This document shows, in pieces, positions 61,873 to 64,000 of a stretch of 64,000 nt of DNA. The stretch is from positions 496,001 to 560,000 of the forward strand of contig QPGO01000011.1 of the NCBI GenBank assembly GCA_008632985.1, given 5' to 3'. How positions within the stretch are numbered: position 1 is the stretch's first letter; every line of letters starts with the position of its first letter. The position numbers and the translations under genes were made by a program. Below the pieces are notes generated by a model, which was not told the DNA's origin, made no database searches, and saw only the letters and a list, made by a program, of their open reading frames with translations. The stretch is from Psammoneis japonica (lineage: Eukaryota).

Positions 61873-63288
61873 TCAGGGGAAAGTCGAGTCAACATATCCA
61901 CGATAGAGCGAAGTCGGTTCGACGAAACCGCGTGGTGGTAACTCTGGGTCAACACGAAAGTTTGCAGTCCAGAAATTTGCATCTGCATGAATAGCCTGCA
62001 ACTGCGCAGGAGCGCTTCCGTCTATCATCTCTGGAGACCCGACGCGACCTTCAAACAAAACCAAGTCTTCCATGGAATCGTAGAGGAAAAACTGAAAGCT
62101 GTGATCCGCCATGAACAAAACAGGTACATCTGCGATGGGTCTCACACCAGTTTTTGCGAGCGCTCCCAATGTCACAGCCGCGGCAATTGTACCGATTTCA
62201 TTTACTTCAATCAATGTCTTCTGGATAATCAATTCCAACCATTCGCAACCGTCAGAAAAAATGCCACAGAATCCCCCGCCATTTCGCAATCGAAACGGGG
62301 CAACGAGCCCAATTCGCTTGAGAGCTTTCTTGAGGCTGCCTTTATACTTGGACTCAAATCGGAATCGTGGCAACGCCAACGCCACACGTTGTGAGTCAAG
62401 GAAGGGTATCGATTCCAAGACATCTTCAGATGTCAAGGCATCAAGCCCGTCATCGGTAGGTAGCACCACCACCATGGAGAGTGAACTTGCCGCATACTTC
62501 AATTGAATAATCTGGTATCCAGTAATGGCATCATGAGAGTAGGGGAAGAATTCTACCTGGTGCATAAAGTTGACAGGATCCGGTAGCTCTTCGGTTCTTG
62601 AGGGGTTCATGAAGAACTTGTCTGCGTTTGTCAAGCGTTCCTTAAAAGGAGACTGCCAATTGGCCTTTAAGTAGATGGAATTGAGTGCCAAGAGAACAAA
62701 AGGAGGATAGATGGGACCATCGTCCACAATCGAATCAATCAGTCCTCGTGTTGAAGCATTGACCCATTCATTCACTACCACCCCGGCTTTGGGTGAAGTG
62801 AATTTAGTTTCTTGAAGGAATTCTCCCACTATCGATTCGTACTCTGGAGAAAGATTTAGGCCTAAATCAATGGGCACCCATACACTGCTTGCAATTTCGA
62901 CTGTCGGAGCTCGAACAAAACACTTCTTCTTTCTGCCACTGACACACCACCCGTCATACTCAGCCGTCAGTCGAGAGACGGTATCTTTCCAATGGAGTGT
63001 AGAAGATCCATTCTTTGCCGGTGAGTTACAGAGCGCCAGGACGGTGCACATCTCATCTCTTGTTTTGGCTGTGCCGCCGGGGTGTAATAGATCAAACATC
63101 AACGATACACCCAAAGAGGAGGAACACTCGTTGTCGTTTTCATAGAGCTCGTTGGTGAGAGAATCCGCGAAACGACGTTGCCCCTCCCTCGAAACTTCTT
63201 CCGTTTCACGTGACAGTGTCAATGGGAGTCTCCCAGTTAAGAAAAGTCCAAAGATGATGAAAGCCTTCAGCTTTTTAGTCGATGACAT
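61873..63288 (-). CDS. Serpin (serine protease inhibitor), secreted
   Basis: VNEWVNASTRGLI, LNSIYLKANW..PF, LALPRF, hinge VNEIGTIAAAVT, FMADHSFQFFL..LFEGRV. Hydrophobic N-terminus. Confidence 0.92.
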   Translation of the reverse strand: MSSTKKLKAFIIFGLFLTGRLPLTLSRETEEVSREGQRRFADSLTNELYENDNECSSSLGVSLMFDLLHPGGTAKTRDEMCTVLALCNSPAKNGSSTLHWKDTVSRLTAEYDGWCVSGRKKKCFVRAPTVEIASSVWVPIDLGLNLSPEYESIVGEFLQETKFTSPKAGVVVNEWVNASTRGLIDSIVDDGPIYPPFVLLALNSIYLKANWQSPFKERLTNADKFFMNPSRTEELPDPVNFMHQVEFFPYSHDAITGYQIIQLKYAASSLSMVVVLPTDDGLDALTSEDVLESIPFLDSQRVALALPRFRFESKYKGSLKKALKRIGLVAPFRLRNGGGFCGIFSDGCEWLELIIQKTLIEVNEIGTIAAAVTLGALAKTGVRPIADVPVLFMADHSFQFFLYDSMEDLVLFEGRVGSPEMIDGSAPAQLQAIHADANFWTANFRVDPELPPRGFVEPTSLYRGYVDSTFP

Positions 63289-63559
63289 GGTGTTGATTGC
63301 TTTTGTTGATTGATGTTCTCATTTTGTGAAACCCTCAAAGAAGTCGCGACCGCGAGATAGAGGACCAACGCCTCCGATCAACTGCATTTTCAGTTTCAAA
63401 TTTTATTTCCCGAACCCTCCACGATCCACGACCAAAAACATTTCTTGTCGCCGGGACCCGGAGTCGCGACCTCCAACAACGCGCGCGCACCTGCCTCCAC
63501 TCGTACTCGCTCGCTCACTCCTGGCCAGAGAGGTCCATGCTTCCACTCTGCCGTTTTAG

Positions 63560-64000
63560 AGGACCGCTTGTGCTGAATGTCCCTCATCCGTCCATGTTGA
63601 GAGTCTCCAACGTCACAGGACTCTGTCCAACCCAGATCTAGCCAGCGTGTGTCTTGGCTCCACTGTGCCAAGAAAGAAAACACTTGGCACAGCTCTTTTC
63701 CACAGCAAAAACACTGCCTGCGCAGTGCGCAATGCGCAAGCTCGCAAGCTGCTTTTCTTCATGTGCACAAGGCAATGTTTGCAAAGTTCACAGTGGCCAG
63801 TGCCATGTGATGTTGGCTTTGAGTGCAGATGGTGATGGACAGGGACCAGAGTGATGCAAGTGGCAAGCGGGGCAGGTTTGGAAACCCCAGCCACCCCACC
63901 ACCCCAGTCATGGGCGTGGGGCCAGCTGGGCCAGTCTCAAGTTTTCCTTTGGCACTTGCTGCTGAGCAGGTCAGCATGTCATGTGACCCCTGGCAGCAAG
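63560..64000. mobile_element. Start of another TpA-depleted repeat domain
   Basis: Only one TA (63639) seen after 63560, with TG/CA enrichment. Confidence 0.55.

Overview
Eukaryotic, intron-containing genomic DNA, most likely a diatom (bipartite plastid-targeting presequence, CoDi-type Copia elements, diatom-type LINE/MULE relics). The window alternates between ordinary gene islands (LRR protein, plastid GPI, membrane kinase, PhyH dioxygenase, two CK1 paralogs, METTL21-like MTase, PhoX, GPCR, ferritin-like protein, SMC3, NAD-GDH, MOSC, Zn-ADH, serpin) and four transposon domains (~1-4600, ~9480-15050, ~19500-30910, ~63540-64000). The main signal is that the transposon domains have almost no TpA. 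Conserved Tyr codons have become Cys (TGY) or His (CAY), including YVDD->CVDD in a reverse transcriptase, and duplicated repeats differ by reciprocal CA/TG swaps. Neighbouring host genes keep normal TpA. This points to a repeat-targeted TpA->TpG/CpA (A:T->G:C) hypermutation, RIP-like but in the opposite direction, which is separable from CpG decay, has sharp borders and tends to spare TTAA. Several 1-bp frameshifts in host genes look like assembly errors. All counts were made by eye.
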